The notes beneath the pieces are model-generated. The model had not been told where the DNA came from. It saw only the letters and a list, made by a program, of their open reading frames with translations, and did not search any database. A DNA stretch of 64,000 nucleotides from a virus (taxonomy: Duplodnaviria; Caudoviricetes): IMG/VR virus record IMGVR_UViG_3300024346_000005; one strand, 5' to 3'. Positions within the stretch are counted from its first letter, which is position 1, and each line of letters opens with the position of its first letter. Positions 9,414 through 19,809 of this stretch are shown here, piece by piece. The position numbers and the translations under genes are program-made.

Positions 9414-12400
9414 ATGGGATTAAACAAACTTGATAATTTTATAAAGAACACAGAAGGTCGCATTCTTTATGTTTCTCCAAGTGACCTTGATTCTACTGAT
9501 AGTATTAGTAATCAGGGTAATTCACTTGCTCAACCCTTCAAGACGCTACAGAGAGCACTTCTAGAAGCAGCAAGATTTTCCTATCAGAGAGGAAATAGTA
9601 ATGATGATGTAGAGAAGACTACAATTCTCTTAATGCCAGGAGCACATACGGTTGATAACAGACCTGGTTTTTCTATAAAAACTGTTGGTACTACTGCAAC
9701 AGTAACATCTCCAAGTGGGGCAACATCTGCGGCATCAAATACCTTATCACTTACACTCAATTCAGTATTTGACCTCACACAAGACGATAATATTCTTTAT
9801 AAGTTCAATAGTGTTAATGGTGGTGTTGTTGTACCCAGAGGAACCTCAATCGTTGGTCTAGATTTAAGAAAGACTAAGATTCGTCCAAAATATGTTCCGA
9901 ACCCAACAGATTCTTCTGTTCCAAACTCGGCAATTTTTAGAATTACCGGTGCCTGCTATTTCTGGCAGTTCTGTATCTTTGACGGCAGTACAGAAGGTAC
10001 GGTATATACTGACCCAACAGATTTTTCCGTCAATAACAAATCAATCCCAACATTCTCCCACCACAAACTCACATGCTTTGAGTATGCAGATGGAGTAAAT
10101 CTATATGAAGATACAGGTCTTACTGACTTGGATATGTATTATGCGAAACTCTCTAATGCATTTAATCTTGCATCTGGTAGAGACATCGATCAAAAGTATC
10201 CTGCCGATCCTCTTGGTTTTGAGAAGCAGAGGCCAGAATGGGAGATTGTAGGTGCTTTTGCCGCAGATCCTATTAAGATTTCTACAATTGAGTCTGGGTC
10301 TGGTGGAACCGCAAGTAGTCAGGTTACGGTCAAAACTTTAGTACCTCACGAACTCTCGGCAGGAACTCCAATTAAGATTAGTGGAGTTTCTCCGGAAAAC
10401 TATAATATCTCAACAAAAGTTCAGAGTATTAGTGATACGGACCCAACTGTCTTTACATATCTTCTTCCAAATTTCCCACTCAATCTAACAACACCAGGAA
10501 GTGCATCTAGTGCATTTGTAACAATTGAGACTGATACCGTATCCGGAGCATCTCCATATATCTTTAATATTTCATTGCGTTCCGTTTATGGTATGAATGG
10601 AATGCTTGCCGATGGTAGTAAGGCATCGGGTTTTCGTTCGATGGTTGTTGCACAATTTACTGGCGTATCTCTACAAAAAGATGACCGTGCATTTGTAAGA
10701 TATAATCCAACAAATAGAGATTATTCTGACAATATTGCCATCTCCAGAGTTGCCGGAGCAACTTTATCTGGTAATTCTTCTTCTACCAGCATAGCATATC
10801 ATCTAGAACCACTATCAATTTATAGAAGTGGATGGGAATCAAGTCACATTAAAGCAACAAATGATGCCTTTATTCAGATTGTTTCCGTATTTGCAATTGG
10901 TTTTAATAAGCACTTTGATTCTGAAAGTGGTGGAGACCTGAGTATCACTAACTCAAACTCCAACTTCGGGCAGATTTCACTTACTTCTTCTGGATTTAAG
11001 AAAGAAGCATTTGATAAGGACAATAAAGCATTCATCACCTCAATTATTGCTCCAAGAGCAATTGTAGGAGAAGAAGATAATATTGATTGGATTTCATTAG
11101 ATGTTGCCAAGATTGATGCACCGAGTAGTAATAACGCCAGACTATATCTATTTGGATTTACTTCTGAAGATGATGTACCACCAGTACTCACTCAGGGATA
11201 TAGAATTGGTGCAAAAGTAGGTGATAAACTATATTTTACTGCAAACGGGACAGAATACTCGGCAAATATTTTAATGTCCGATGGAGTCACAAGTTCTGTT
11301 AAAGAATATTCAGTAACTGGCATCCCATCATCAAATAAATTTACAATTGGATCTCATAATATTCAGACTGGTGAAAAAGTTATTATTCTGAGTGATGATG
11401 GTGATTTGCCAGAAAATATTGTAGAAAATACAGTTTATTATGCAATTGCAAGTGATGTTGACGGTAGTTTAACTGCAAATGAAATTAAACTTGCTTCTTC
11501 ACAATCGGCAGCAGTCAGTGCAAATGCAATTAGCGTTTATAAAGGAACTGGTCTAAGAATTCTGAGTCGGGTATCAGATAAGGTTGCCGGAGATGTCGGG
11601 CACCCAGTACAATATGATGGTACTCAGTGGTATATTACCACAAATGCTAATAGTGGCATTTATACGGCAATCAATTCATTGGGTGTTGCGGGATTAACAG
11701 AAAGAACCGAACCTTCTTATGTAAAGAGAACTGAAGATACCAGAAGTTTGGATGAAAAACTTTATAAGATTAGAGTTGTAATTCCAAAAGAACTTGTGGG
11801 TGCCAAAAACCCAGAGGATGGATTTGTAATTCAAGAATCAAGTTTTACTGGAATTAGATCGGATACTGACATTAATTTATCATCTCTTTCAACATCAGAC
11901 TATGAGTATAACAGAAATCCAAGATTTATTAGTACTTGCTCTTTCAATGAATCTACCAAAATTGTAACTGTTACTTCTGAACTTCCACACAATCTTCAAG
12001 TTGGTGATAGTATTATTATCAAGAATGTAACGGACAGCACCAACCCTGCTGGAGTTGGAAATTCTGGATATAATGGAACCGTTGGGGTTTCATCAGTTTT
12101 TGATGATATGACCTTTAGATATTCTGTAGGAATAACTACTTTAGGATCATTCACAAATGTAACCTCCAACAGAACAACCTCACTTCCAAGATTTGAGAGA
12201 AATGACTTACAAGCAAATCTTTACAATTATAGAAGCGAAGTAATCACTCCATACATTAGTGGTATTCAGGATGGTGTTTATCACATCTATACTTTAAGTG
12301 CCGATAAGGCAATTCCAACAGAGTTCACAAATATTAAGTATAGTCAGAATGTTGTTGATTTATATCCACAGTTAGACAGAGATAATATTAATGATAATCC

Positions 12401-15044
12401 ACTTCCTTCCAAGTCATTTGCCAAAAGGTCTCCTCTTGGTGAAGTTGTAACAAATGACCTCAAAAAGAGTATTACAAAAGAATCTACCGACACTTTACTC
12501 ACAAGTTTAGGAGTTGGTCTTGATGTTTCCTCTGTTTCTAATCCTACAACAACTTCACCAACAATTACCTTTGCAAGAAGGCACGGTCTTGCCGGTATTG
12601 TTACTGGAACCATAACTCCAAATGGTGGTACTCTTTATACTGATGGAACATATCAAAACCTCAAACTTCTCAATACTTCTCAAACTGGAACCTGGCAGGG
12701 AGCAACGGCAAGAGTTGTTGTATCTGGTGGTGGAGTTGATTCTGTAGATGTTGTTTCTTCTGGTTCTGGTTATTCTGCTGGCAATCTATTCTTTGATGCC
12801 TCTGTGATTGGTAATGGTAGTAATAATACAAGATACACTATTGCAACATCAGGAATCACTACGGCAGTTGGTAATGTAGTTCAATTTACTGGTGCCGGAA
12901 CAACTTCTGACACCTATCATCGTATTACGGCAGTTTCTGCCGATAATCAAATTTCAATTGCCAGGACTTCAGGAGACCCTGTAATTACATCAAATCAATA
13001 TGCTTATGTTGTTGGACCTTCAGTTCAGATTACAACCACCAGTTATTCTTCTGGTATAAGTACCTTTAATTGTTCTGGACCTCACGGATTAGTTGCCGGT
13101 AATAAGTTTAGAGTAATTGATTCTTCAAATAATAATAGAGGAGATTATATTGTAAAAGATAGAGTTGACATTGATACATTTACGGCACTTACACCTACCA
13201 TAAGTGTGAATGGTGGATATGTCCTCAAGCACGGTCTTTCTACAAATGATTCAAGTTCTGATTCTACCGCAGAAAATCTAGGAATCAGAAGTATTCCATT
13301 ATTTGATAAAGAAACACTTGTTGCTGCTAGTGCAATTACTAACACTACTTCTACAATTACAGTATCAAGTTCTGTAGGTGCAGCAGCAATCACGAAGAGA
13401 TTCCCACTCGGTTCTTATATTCAGATTGATGAAGAGATTATGAGAGTTGCTGGATTCCCTGTGGGTGGTACTTTTACAGTGATTCGTGGTGCTCTTGCCA
13501 CAAGACAAGTATCTCACGATAGTGGTTCACTGATCAGAAAGATTAAACCAATCTCAATTGAATTTAGAAGACCTTCAATTGTCAGAGCATCTGGGCATAC
13601 TTTTGAGTATCTTGGATATGGTCCAGGAAACTACTCAACTGGATTGCCTCAGGTTCAGAGCGTAACTTTGACAGAAAGAGAAGAGTTCTTAGTACAATCC
13701 CAAGAAAGGTCCGGTGGTATTGTTGTTTATACTGGTATGAACAATAATGGAGACTCTTTTATTGGTAATCGTAAGACATCTTCATCAACTGGTGAGGAAG
13801 TTACATTTGATAATCCAATTCCAACAATTACTGGTGAAGACCCATCTAGATTGAGTGCCGTATTTGATGAGGTAACGGTTAAGGAAAGACTTGTTGTTGA
13901 AGGAGGTAATTCTGGTACTGTTCTTTCTCAGTTTGATGGACCTGTTACATTCAATAAAGAAGTTAAGTTTGCTGGTGCAGTAAATGCTAAGTCACAATTA
14001 AAAGTAAGTGCCGATACCCAGTCCACAACTACGGCAAACGGAGCACTAGTTATATCTGGTGGTGTTGGTATTGCCAAGAACCTGAATGTTGGTGGAAATT
14101 TAAATGTTGCTGGTAGTATAATTGCTAATATAACGGGCAATACAACCGGTAATGTAACTGGTAATGTAACTGGTGATCTTACTGGTACTGCAACTAATGC
14201 AAATAACATAAACATTTCAGCAACTACATCAACAGATACATCAACTTCGGTAGTATTAGTCGCAAATCAATCAACTGGTAATCAAAGTCCGTTTATTGAT
14301 TCTGGATTGAGTTATAATGCTGATACTAATGCTTTAACGGCATCTACATTTGTTGGTGCTTTAAGTGGTACTGCTAGTTCTGCAACTCAACTACAAACCT
14401 CAAGGACCTTTAGTATTACTGGAGTTGTTGATGCTCCCGCAGTTTCTTTTAATGGAACTGGCAATGTTGAATTAGTTACTACTTTGGATGATAATTCGGT
14501 AACATCTGGAAAGATTGTTGCTAATGCAGTAACTACTGCAAAAATAGATTTCCAAAATGCATTAGTTCCTATTGGTGGAATTATTATGTGGTCTGGAATT
14601 GCGGTTCCAACAGGATGGTCATTATGTAATGGAAGTAATGGAACTCCAAACCTAAGAAATAGATTTATTGTTGCTGCAGATAGTCTTACTAAGACTGGAA
14701 CTACATCTCAAGCTGGAACCTCTCCATATGATCCTGGAGATATTGGGGGTAGTGCTGATGCAACTTTAGTATCTCACAGTCATACTGCAACTTCAGATGT
14801 TAATGATCCTGGACATACTCACACACTTGATACGAGAGATTCCACTGCAAATGAGGGAACCGGTCAAGGAGCAAATCAAGAATTTGCTGGGTGGGATGGT
14901 GGTCCCGATAGGGGAGCAGTAGTGACACAATCCAAGGTAACTCTCATCACAGTTGCGACAACAATTGATCCTTTCGGGGATCCTGCAACAAATGCAAACC
15001 TCCCACCATATTATGCTCTTGCATTTATTATGAGAACTTCATAA
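9414..15044 (+). CDS. Large virion structural / tail fibre protein with C-terminal tail-collar-like domain
   Basis: 1876 aa, Ser/Thr/Gly-rich. C-terminal 'PIGGIIMWSG...GWSLCNG.NGTPNLRNRFIV...NLPPYYALAFIMR'. Late-promoter core upstream. Confidence 0.8.
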   Translation: MGLNKLDNFIKNTEGRILYVSPSDLDSTDSISNQGNSLAQPFKTLQRALLEAARFSYQRGNSNDDVEKTTILLMPGAHTVDNRPGFSIKTVGTTATVTSPSGATSAASNTLSLTLNSVFDLTQDDNILYKFNSVNGGVVVPRGTSIVGLDLRKTKIRPKYVPNPTDSSVPNSAIFRITGACYFWQFCIFDGSTEGTVYTDPTDFSVNNKSIPTFSHHKLTCFEYADGVNLYEDTGLTDLDMYYAKLSNAFNLASGRDIDQKYPADPLGFEKQRPEWEIVGAFAADPIKISTIESGSGGTASSQVTVKTLVPHELSAGTPIKISGVSPENYNISTKVQSISDTDPTVFTYLLPNFPLNLTTPGSASSAFVTIETDTVSGASPYIFNISLRSVYGMNGMLADGSKASGFRSMVVAQFTGVSLQKDDRAFVRYNPTNRDYSDNIAISRVAGATLSGNSSSTSIAYHLEPLSIYRSGWESSHIKATNDAFIQIVSVFAIGFNKHFDSESGGDLSITNSNSNFGQISLTSSGFKKEAFDKDNKAFITSIIAPRAIVGEEDNIDWISLDVAKIDAPSSNNARLYLFGFTSEDDVPPVLTQGYRIGAKVGDKLYFTANGTEYSANILMSDGVTSSVKEYSVTGIPSSNKFTIGSHNIQTGEKVIILSDDGDLPENIVENTVYYAIASDVDGSLTANEIKLASSQSAAVSANAISVYKGTGLRILSRVSDKVAGDVGHPVQYDGTQWYITTNANSGIYTAINSLGVAGLTERTEPSYVKRTEDTRSLDEKLYKIRVVIPKELVGAKNPEDGFVIQESSFTGIRSDTDINLSSLSTSDYEYNRNPRFISTCSFNESTKIVTVTSELPHNLQVGDSIIIKNVTDSTNPAGVGNSGYNGTVGVSSVFDDMTFRYSVGITTLGSFTNVTSNRTTSLPRFERNDLQANLYNYRSEVITPYISGIQDGVYHIYTLSADKAIPTEFTNIKYSQNVVDLYPQLDRDNINDNPLPSKSFAKRSPLGEVVTNDLKKSITKESTDTLLTSLGVGLDVSSVSNPTTTSPTITFARRHGLAGIVTGTITPNGGTLYTDGTYQNLKLLNTSQTGTWQGATARVVVSGGGVDSVDVVSSGSGYSAGNLFFDASVIGNGSNNTRYTIATSGITTAVGNVVQFTGAGTTSDTYHRITAVSADNQISIARTSGDPVITSNQYAYVVGPSVQITTTSYSSGISTFNCSGPHGLVAGNKFRVIDSSNNNRGDYIVKDRVDIDTFTALTPTISVNGGYVLKHGLSTNDSSSDSTAENLGIRSIPLFDKETLVAASAITNTTSTITVSSSVGAAAITKRFPLGSYIQIDEEIMRVAGFPVGGTFTVIRGALATRQVSHDSGSLIRKIKPISIEFRRPSIVRASGHTFEYLGYGPGNYSTGLPQVQSVTLTEREEFLVQSQERSGGIVVYTGMNNNGDSFIGNRKTSSSTGEEVTFDNPIPTITGEDPSRLSAVFDEVTVKERLVVEGGNSGTVLSQFDGPVTFNKEVKFAGAVNAKSQLKVSADTQSTTTANGALVISGGVGIAKNLNVGGNLNVAGSIIANITGNTTGNVTGNVTGDLTGTATNANNINISATTSTDTSTSVVLVANQSTGNQSPFIDSGLSYNADTNALTASTFVGALSGTASSATQLQTSRTFSITGVVDAPAVSFNGTGNVELVTTLDDNSVTSGKIVANAVTTAKIDFQNALVPIGGIIMWSGIAVPTGWSLCNGSNGTPNLRNRFIVAADSLTKTGTTSQAGTSPYDPGDIGGSADATLVSHSHTATSDVNDPGHTHTLDTRDSTANEGTGQGANQEFAGWDGGPDRGAVVTQSKVTLITVATTIDPFGDPATNANLPPYYALAFIMRTS

Positions 15045-15064
15045 ATACTTAAAAAGTCTCCAAG

Positions 15065-17017
15065 ATGGCAAATTATAACAAATCATTTAATTTTAGAAAT
15101 GGAGTTCAGGTCGATGATGACAACTTTATTGTAAATGCAAATGGTTTGGTTGGAATCGGAACATCAATTCCTACAGAGTTTCTGGATGTTTACGGAACCG
15201 CAAAGGTTACCGGATTAGTCACGGCAACGAATCTGACAATCACCGGAGTTTCCACTTTTTATAGTGATGTAAGAGTTGGTTCTGGAATTACGATGTATGC
15301 CTCTACAGGAATCGTAAGTGCCACGGCATTTTATGGAAGTGCCGTTGGACTAACTAGCATTTATGCAATTGCAGTTGATGGATGGATTGTTAATGCCGGA
15401 AACCTCTCTACAACATCTAAAGTAGGTATAGGAACCACACTTCCATACCATTCATTACAGGTAGGTCAGAACCCTCTAACTGGGAATGGATTTTCGGTTG
15501 ATGCCATCACAGGAAATGTAAATACAACTGGAATTATAACGGCACCTAGTTTTGTTGGAAACTTAACAGGAAATGTACTAGGAAATATAAATTCTAGTGG
15601 TGTTTCAACTTTTTCCACACTTCAAGTAGGAACCGGAGTCACTATTAGTGGTGGTATTGTAAATTCTAATAGTTTTGTCGGAAACCTAACAGGAAATATA
15701 AATTCTAGTGGTATTTCAACTTTCTCCACACTTAAAGTAGGAACCGGTGTTACAATTAGTGGTGGTATTGTTACTGCAACCTCATTTAGTGGACCTTTGA
15801 CCGGTACTGTAACTGGCAATCTAACTGGAACAGCAACGACGGCATCAACACTTCCTTCTTCGGCAACTATATCAATTACTTCGGTAAATAGTGGATTTAG
15901 TTCAACAGGAATTGCAACAATAACTGATACTCTTTATGTAACTGGTAAAATTAAAGTAGGAACTGCCACGGCACCAGAGGCAGACATAGAAGTTAATAAG
16001 TCTGGTATTTCATCGATAAGAGTAATTAGTAGTAATAATGATATTGCAAGTATTGGTATTGGAAGAAGTGCAGAAATAAGAACCGGAAATGTCAATAATT
16101 TATATCCATATAGCACTAGAAACTCTCTTGATATTATAAACTATAATGCTGAAAATGTCAACTATTATCTTGATTATGGTTCGGCAGGGGTAGGAACTGG
16201 TAATTTTAATTGGATTTATGGGCAGAGTCCATCAAGTCCATTAATGTCACTCACCTATGGTGGAAATCTAGGATTAGGTATTACCAACCCACAATCAAAA
16301 CTTCATGTGGTGGGAACATCCTATATTACTGGCATTACAACAATTGATAGTAATTTAGATGTTAATCAAAATTTATATGTTTATGGAAATATAACATTTA
16401 ATGGGTATATAACTGGCAATCTTGGAATCACAACTTTTTCTAGACTAGGTATTTCTACAAGCACAATTTCAACTAATTCTTATGAATTCTTTGTTGGTGG
16501 TGATCCGGTATTTGGTGAAGGAGTTTCAATAACTAAGACTAGTATTAGAGCATCAGGAAATATTAGATCAACAAGTATAACCAGTACGAACATTAATAAT
16601 AGTGGTATTATAACTTCTACTTTAGGTTTTGTTGGTCCTCTAACTGGAAATGTAACTGGAAATGTAACTGGAAATGTAACTGGGACAGCAACAACTGCTT
16701 ATGGAGCATACAACCTTAATGGATCTCCCGATATTATAGTATCTTCTGTTGGTATCGGCACTACAACCTCCACAGGAACAGCATCACAAACACTTCAAGT
16801 TACTGGTGGTGCTTATGTTTCTGGTTCTGTCGGCATAGGAATTACAAATCCAAAAGGTGTTTTAGATTTAGTTTCTACAACACAACCATTATATCTTCCA
16901 AGAATGACAACAGCACAAAGAAATTTAATTGTTGGTATTTCTAGTGGTGCAGTTATCTTTAATACAAGTATCAATGAGTTTCAGGGATATACGGGAACTA
17001 ATTGGGTGACATTATAA
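15065..17017 (+). CDS. Tail fibre / structural protein
   Basis: Repeated 'VGIGT', 'GNVTG' and 'GVTISGGIV' fibre motifs; TAAATA upstream. Confidence 0.8.
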   Translation: MANYNKSFNFRNGVQVDDDNFIVNANGLVGIGTSIPTEFLDVYGTAKVTGLVTATNLTITGVSTFYSDVRVGSGITMYASTGIVSATAFYGSAVGLTSIYAIAVDGWIVNAGNLSTTSKVGIGTTLPYHSLQVGQNPLTGNGFSVDAITGNVNTTGIITAPSFVGNLTGNVLGNINSSGVSTFSTLQVGTGVTISGGIVNSNSFVGNLTGNINSSGISTFSTLKVGTGVTISGGIVTATSFSGPLTGTVTGNLTGTATTASTLPSSATISITSVNSGFSSTGIATITDTLYVTGKIKVGTATAPEADIEVNKSGISSIRVISSNNDIASIGIGRSAEIRTGNVNNLYPYSTRNSLDIINYNAENVNYYLDYGSAGVGTGNFNWIYGQSPSSPLMSLTYGGNLGLGITNPQSKLHVVGTSYITGITTIDSNLDVNQNLYVYGNITFNGYITGNLGITTFSRLGISTSTISTNSYEFFVGGDPVFGEGVSITKTSIRASGNIRSTSITSTNINNSGIITSTLGFVGPLTGNVTGNVTGNVTGTATTAYGAYNLNGSPDIIVSSVGIGTTTSTGTASQTLQVTGGAYVSGSVGIGITNPKGVLDLVSTTQPLYLPRMTTAQRNLIVGISSGAVIFNTSINEFQGYTGTNWVTL

Positions 17018-17025
17018 GGAGGGGC

Positions 17026-17134
17026 TTGACAGAATACTCATAATACTGCTAGACTAGGTTTGTCCCCGTTGAAGATGAGACTTTAATCCACTTAAAGAAC
17101 CGTCCACTGGGGGTCTTCACAGGACCCCTTTTTT
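17026..17134 (+). ncRNA. Possible short promoter-terminator transcription unit (~70 nt)
   Basis: TTGACA-18-TAGACT, then a GGGGTC-TTCACA-GGACCCC-T6 terminator with no substantial ORF between them. Confidence 0.4.
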
Positions 17135-17178
17135 GTTGTATAATTATATAAATAATAATATGGTAGGTTTCGCCACTT

Positions 17179-17721
17179 ATGTATTATACTTACGCATATC
17201 TAAGAGAAGATAAGACTCCATATTATATTGGTAGAGGAAAACATCATTCTGGATACAAATATCATAGAATGACTCAAAAACATACTTGCGGTATACCTCC
17301 ACAAGAAAGAAGATTAATCTTAAAAGATAATCTATCAAAAGAGCAAGCAATCAAACACGAAGAATATATGATTGACTTGTTTGGTTTAGTTTGGGATGAA
17401 ACTGGGGTATTAAGAAATCACGTTAGAGATAGTCGTGGTGGTAGTTGCAAAGGTAGAAAGCTTTCAGAGGAAACTAAACAAAAAATATCTGCTGCTATGA
17501 AAAATAAATGGCAAAGTGGTCTTTATGATACTGATGAATATAGAAATAAAATATCAGAAAGTAATAGAAAAAATCCAAGAGTCAAACAACATAGTGAAGA
17601 AACAAAAGAAAAACAAAAAAAGGCAAGCACCGGAAGACCTCAAAGCGAAGAGACTAAGCAAAAAAGGTCTGAAAGTATAAAAAGGTGGTGGACAGAAAAA
17701 AAACTGGCACAAGACCCTTGA
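17179..17721 (+). CDS. GIY-YIG/NUMOD3 homing endonuclease
   Basis: '[19 protein letters not shown]' and NUMOD3 repeats; TATAAATA at 17147-17154. Confidence 0.85.
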   Translation: MYYTYAYLREDKTPYYIGRGKHHSGYKYHRMTQKHTCGIPPQERRLILKDNLSKEQAIKHEEYMIDLFGLVWDETGVLRNHVRDSRGGSCKGRKLSEETKQKISAAMKNKWQSGLYDTDEYRNKISESNRKNPRVKQHSEETKEKQKKASTGRPQSEETKQKRSESIKRWWTEKKLAQDP

Positions 17722-17762
17722 GTTTTGCCAGAAAGTGCCTTATAATATGAGTATTGAATTGA

Positions 17763-19037
17763 TTGATGATGTTCCAACTCCGTCCTCACCAACAAACTGC
17801 TATGGATGCTCTCTCGCAGCATTCTAAAGGTATTGTCGTGATGCCAACAGGCGGCGGTAAAACTAATGTAGGTATTTTCGATGCTGTTCGCCAATTCCAG
17901 TCTAACATCTCAAAGACAATTGTAGTTGTTAGTCCTCGTATTTTGCTTGCTGAACAGTTGTCTTCTGAGTATCTTGAGTTTATCACTAATGCTAATGTTC
18001 TTCATATTCACTCCGGAGAAACTAGGCATTTTAGCACCACGAAACCTAATGTAATTCGTAATTGGTACGAGCAGGCACAAGGTCACAAACTTATCTTCAC
18101 CACCTATAACTCTCTACAGCAACTACAAAGGGCAGAAATCACCGTTGATACAATTTATATGGATGAGGCACATAATTCTATTCAACGTCACTTCTTCCCT
18201 GCGGTAGAGTATTTCAGTGCAGAGGCAGAGCGTTGTTTCTTCTTTACTGCCACCCCAAAATACAGCAATGTAATTGGTAAGGCAGGTATGAATGATACTG
18301 AGGTCTACGGTAGCATCATCGCTAAGGTTCCTGCTCCTCAATTGGTTCAGAACGGTTACATCATTCCTCCTAAGGTGATTTGCAAGCAGATGCGACTTTC
18401 GGTCAAGGGTGAGGACATCGCTCAACGGGACTGTGAGTATCTACTTGACCTTATCCTTAATCCCAAGCAGGTTACTGTAACTGAGGGTTTGGTTGATTAC
18501 TCAAACTCTGTTGATAAAGTCCTGATTTGTGCCAAGGCAACCAAGCACATTATTGGTCTGCTTTCCGAAACTGACTTTGCCGAACAACTGGCAGAGGAAG
18601 GTTATTCTGTGATGCACATTACTTCCAAGCACGGTGCCTTTATTGATGGTGATAAAGTCAATCGTGAGGTATTCTTTGATACTCTCAACGAGTGGGGTAA
18701 GGATGCCGACAAGAAGTTTGTGGTTCTTCATCACAGCATTCTGGCAGAAGGCATTAACATCTCTGCTCTGGAAGCGGTTGTGTTTATGCGTTCTATGGAC
18801 ATCGTAGGTATCGGTCAAACGGTCGGTAGGACGCTGCGTCTTCACCCCCAGGATGCCGCTGGAATCCGCTCTGGTGCCCTTGTGGCAGGTGCTCTGGACT
18901 CCTACACCAAATCCTATGGTCTGGTGATTTGCCCGACCTTTGACAAGGCATCTACGGGCACGGCACAGAAGGTTCAGAACGTGATGGACATTATCTTCCA
19001 GAAGGGGGATGTGGCAATCAGCACGATCAATCGCTGA
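17763..19037 (+). CDS. SF2 (DEAH) helicase
   Basis: Walker A 'MPTGGGKT', 'IYMDEAHN', 'TATP', 'EGINI' and 'QTVGRTLR'. Confidence 0.9.
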   Translation: MMMFQLRPHQQTAMDALSQHSKGIVVMPTGGGKTNVGIFDAVRQFQSNISKTIVVVSPRILLAEQLSSEYLEFITNANVLHIHSGETRHFSTTKPNVIRNWYEQAQGHKLIFTTYNSLQQLQRAEITVDTIYMDEAHNSIQRHFFPAVEYFSAEAERCFFFTATPKYSNVIGKAGMNDTEVYGSIIAKVPAPQLVQNGYIIPPKVICKQMRLSVKGEDIAQRDCEYLLDLILNPKQVTVTEGLVDYSNSVDKVLICAKATKHIIGLLSETDFAEQLAEEGYSVMHITSKHGAFIDGDKVNREVFFDTLNEWGKDADKKFVVLHHSILAEGINISALEAVVFMRSMDIVGIGQTVGRTLRLHPQDAAGIRSGALVAGALDSYTKSYGLVICPTFDKASTGTAQKVQNVMDIIFQKGDVAISTINR

Positions 19038-19102
19038 ACTGGCACAGGGGGTTGATCAACGGACCCCTTTCCTGCTATAATACTCTGAGATTTAAAATCA
19101 TT

Positions 19103-19705
19103 ATGACGAAACCAATTTTAACTCCAACTGAATATGATGCACTTTGTAACATTCTTGAATGGGCATGGACTTCTCTTCATCAAGAACCAGAACTTTGTTT
19201 AAAAGATATTAACTATTCTTCTGCATCAAAGGTAGTTAAACAAGAGCGCACTGAAGCGGAACCAGATAATGGATTGAGTCCAAGTCTTTATACAGAATAT
19301 GAACCAACTGGTGTAGATCCAATCAAAACTGGTGAGTGTGGTCTTGGACTTGCAGAAGCATTTGAATATACTTTAGAAGAACCAAATGCGGATAATATTC
19401 ATACTATGATTACCACCTTGATGTATAAGTTGAACTGTAATCCTTGTCTTGCAAATGGTCTTGGTAATACTTGGGAAAATCTTGCACCTCTTGTAGATAA
19501 TAACGAACGAGATCGTTTAGAAAATATTGGTGATGATCCAGATGTTACAACACAAACACTTGAAGGGTATGTTGTTGAAGATATTAGTTTGAAGAATAAG
19601 GTTTCCCGACTTCAAGAATACTTTGATGATGTAGGTGAAAATGGTCTTATTCAATTAGATGATAATCTTTGGATTGATGGTAGAAATTCCGATATTTTTC
19701 CCTGA
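19103..19705 (+). CDS. Hypothetical acidic protein
   Basis: ORF following the dyad promoter; ATG chosen at 19103. Confidence 0.6.
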   Translation: MTKPILTPTEYDALCNILEWAWTSLHQEPELCLKDINYSSASKVVKQERTEAEPDNGLSPSLYTEYEPTGVDPIKTGECGLGLAEAFEYTLEEPNADNIHTMITTLMYKLNCNPCLANGLGNTWENLAPLVDNNERDRLENIGDDPDVTTQTLEGYVVEDISLKNKVSRLQEYFDDVGENGLIQLDDNLWIDGRNSDIFP

Positions 19706-19809
19706 GACAATCGCTGAACTGACACAGGGGGTTGACAAGGATTCCTTTTTGGTATATGATACTCATATGCTCAATCAATTGATGGGCAATACACATCGCA
19801 TTAAACTAA

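Noticed and set aside
15560-15780. ~110-bp tandem duplication, plus CTGGAAATGTAA x3 at ~16642-16680
   Set aside because: Ordinary fibre-protein repeats.
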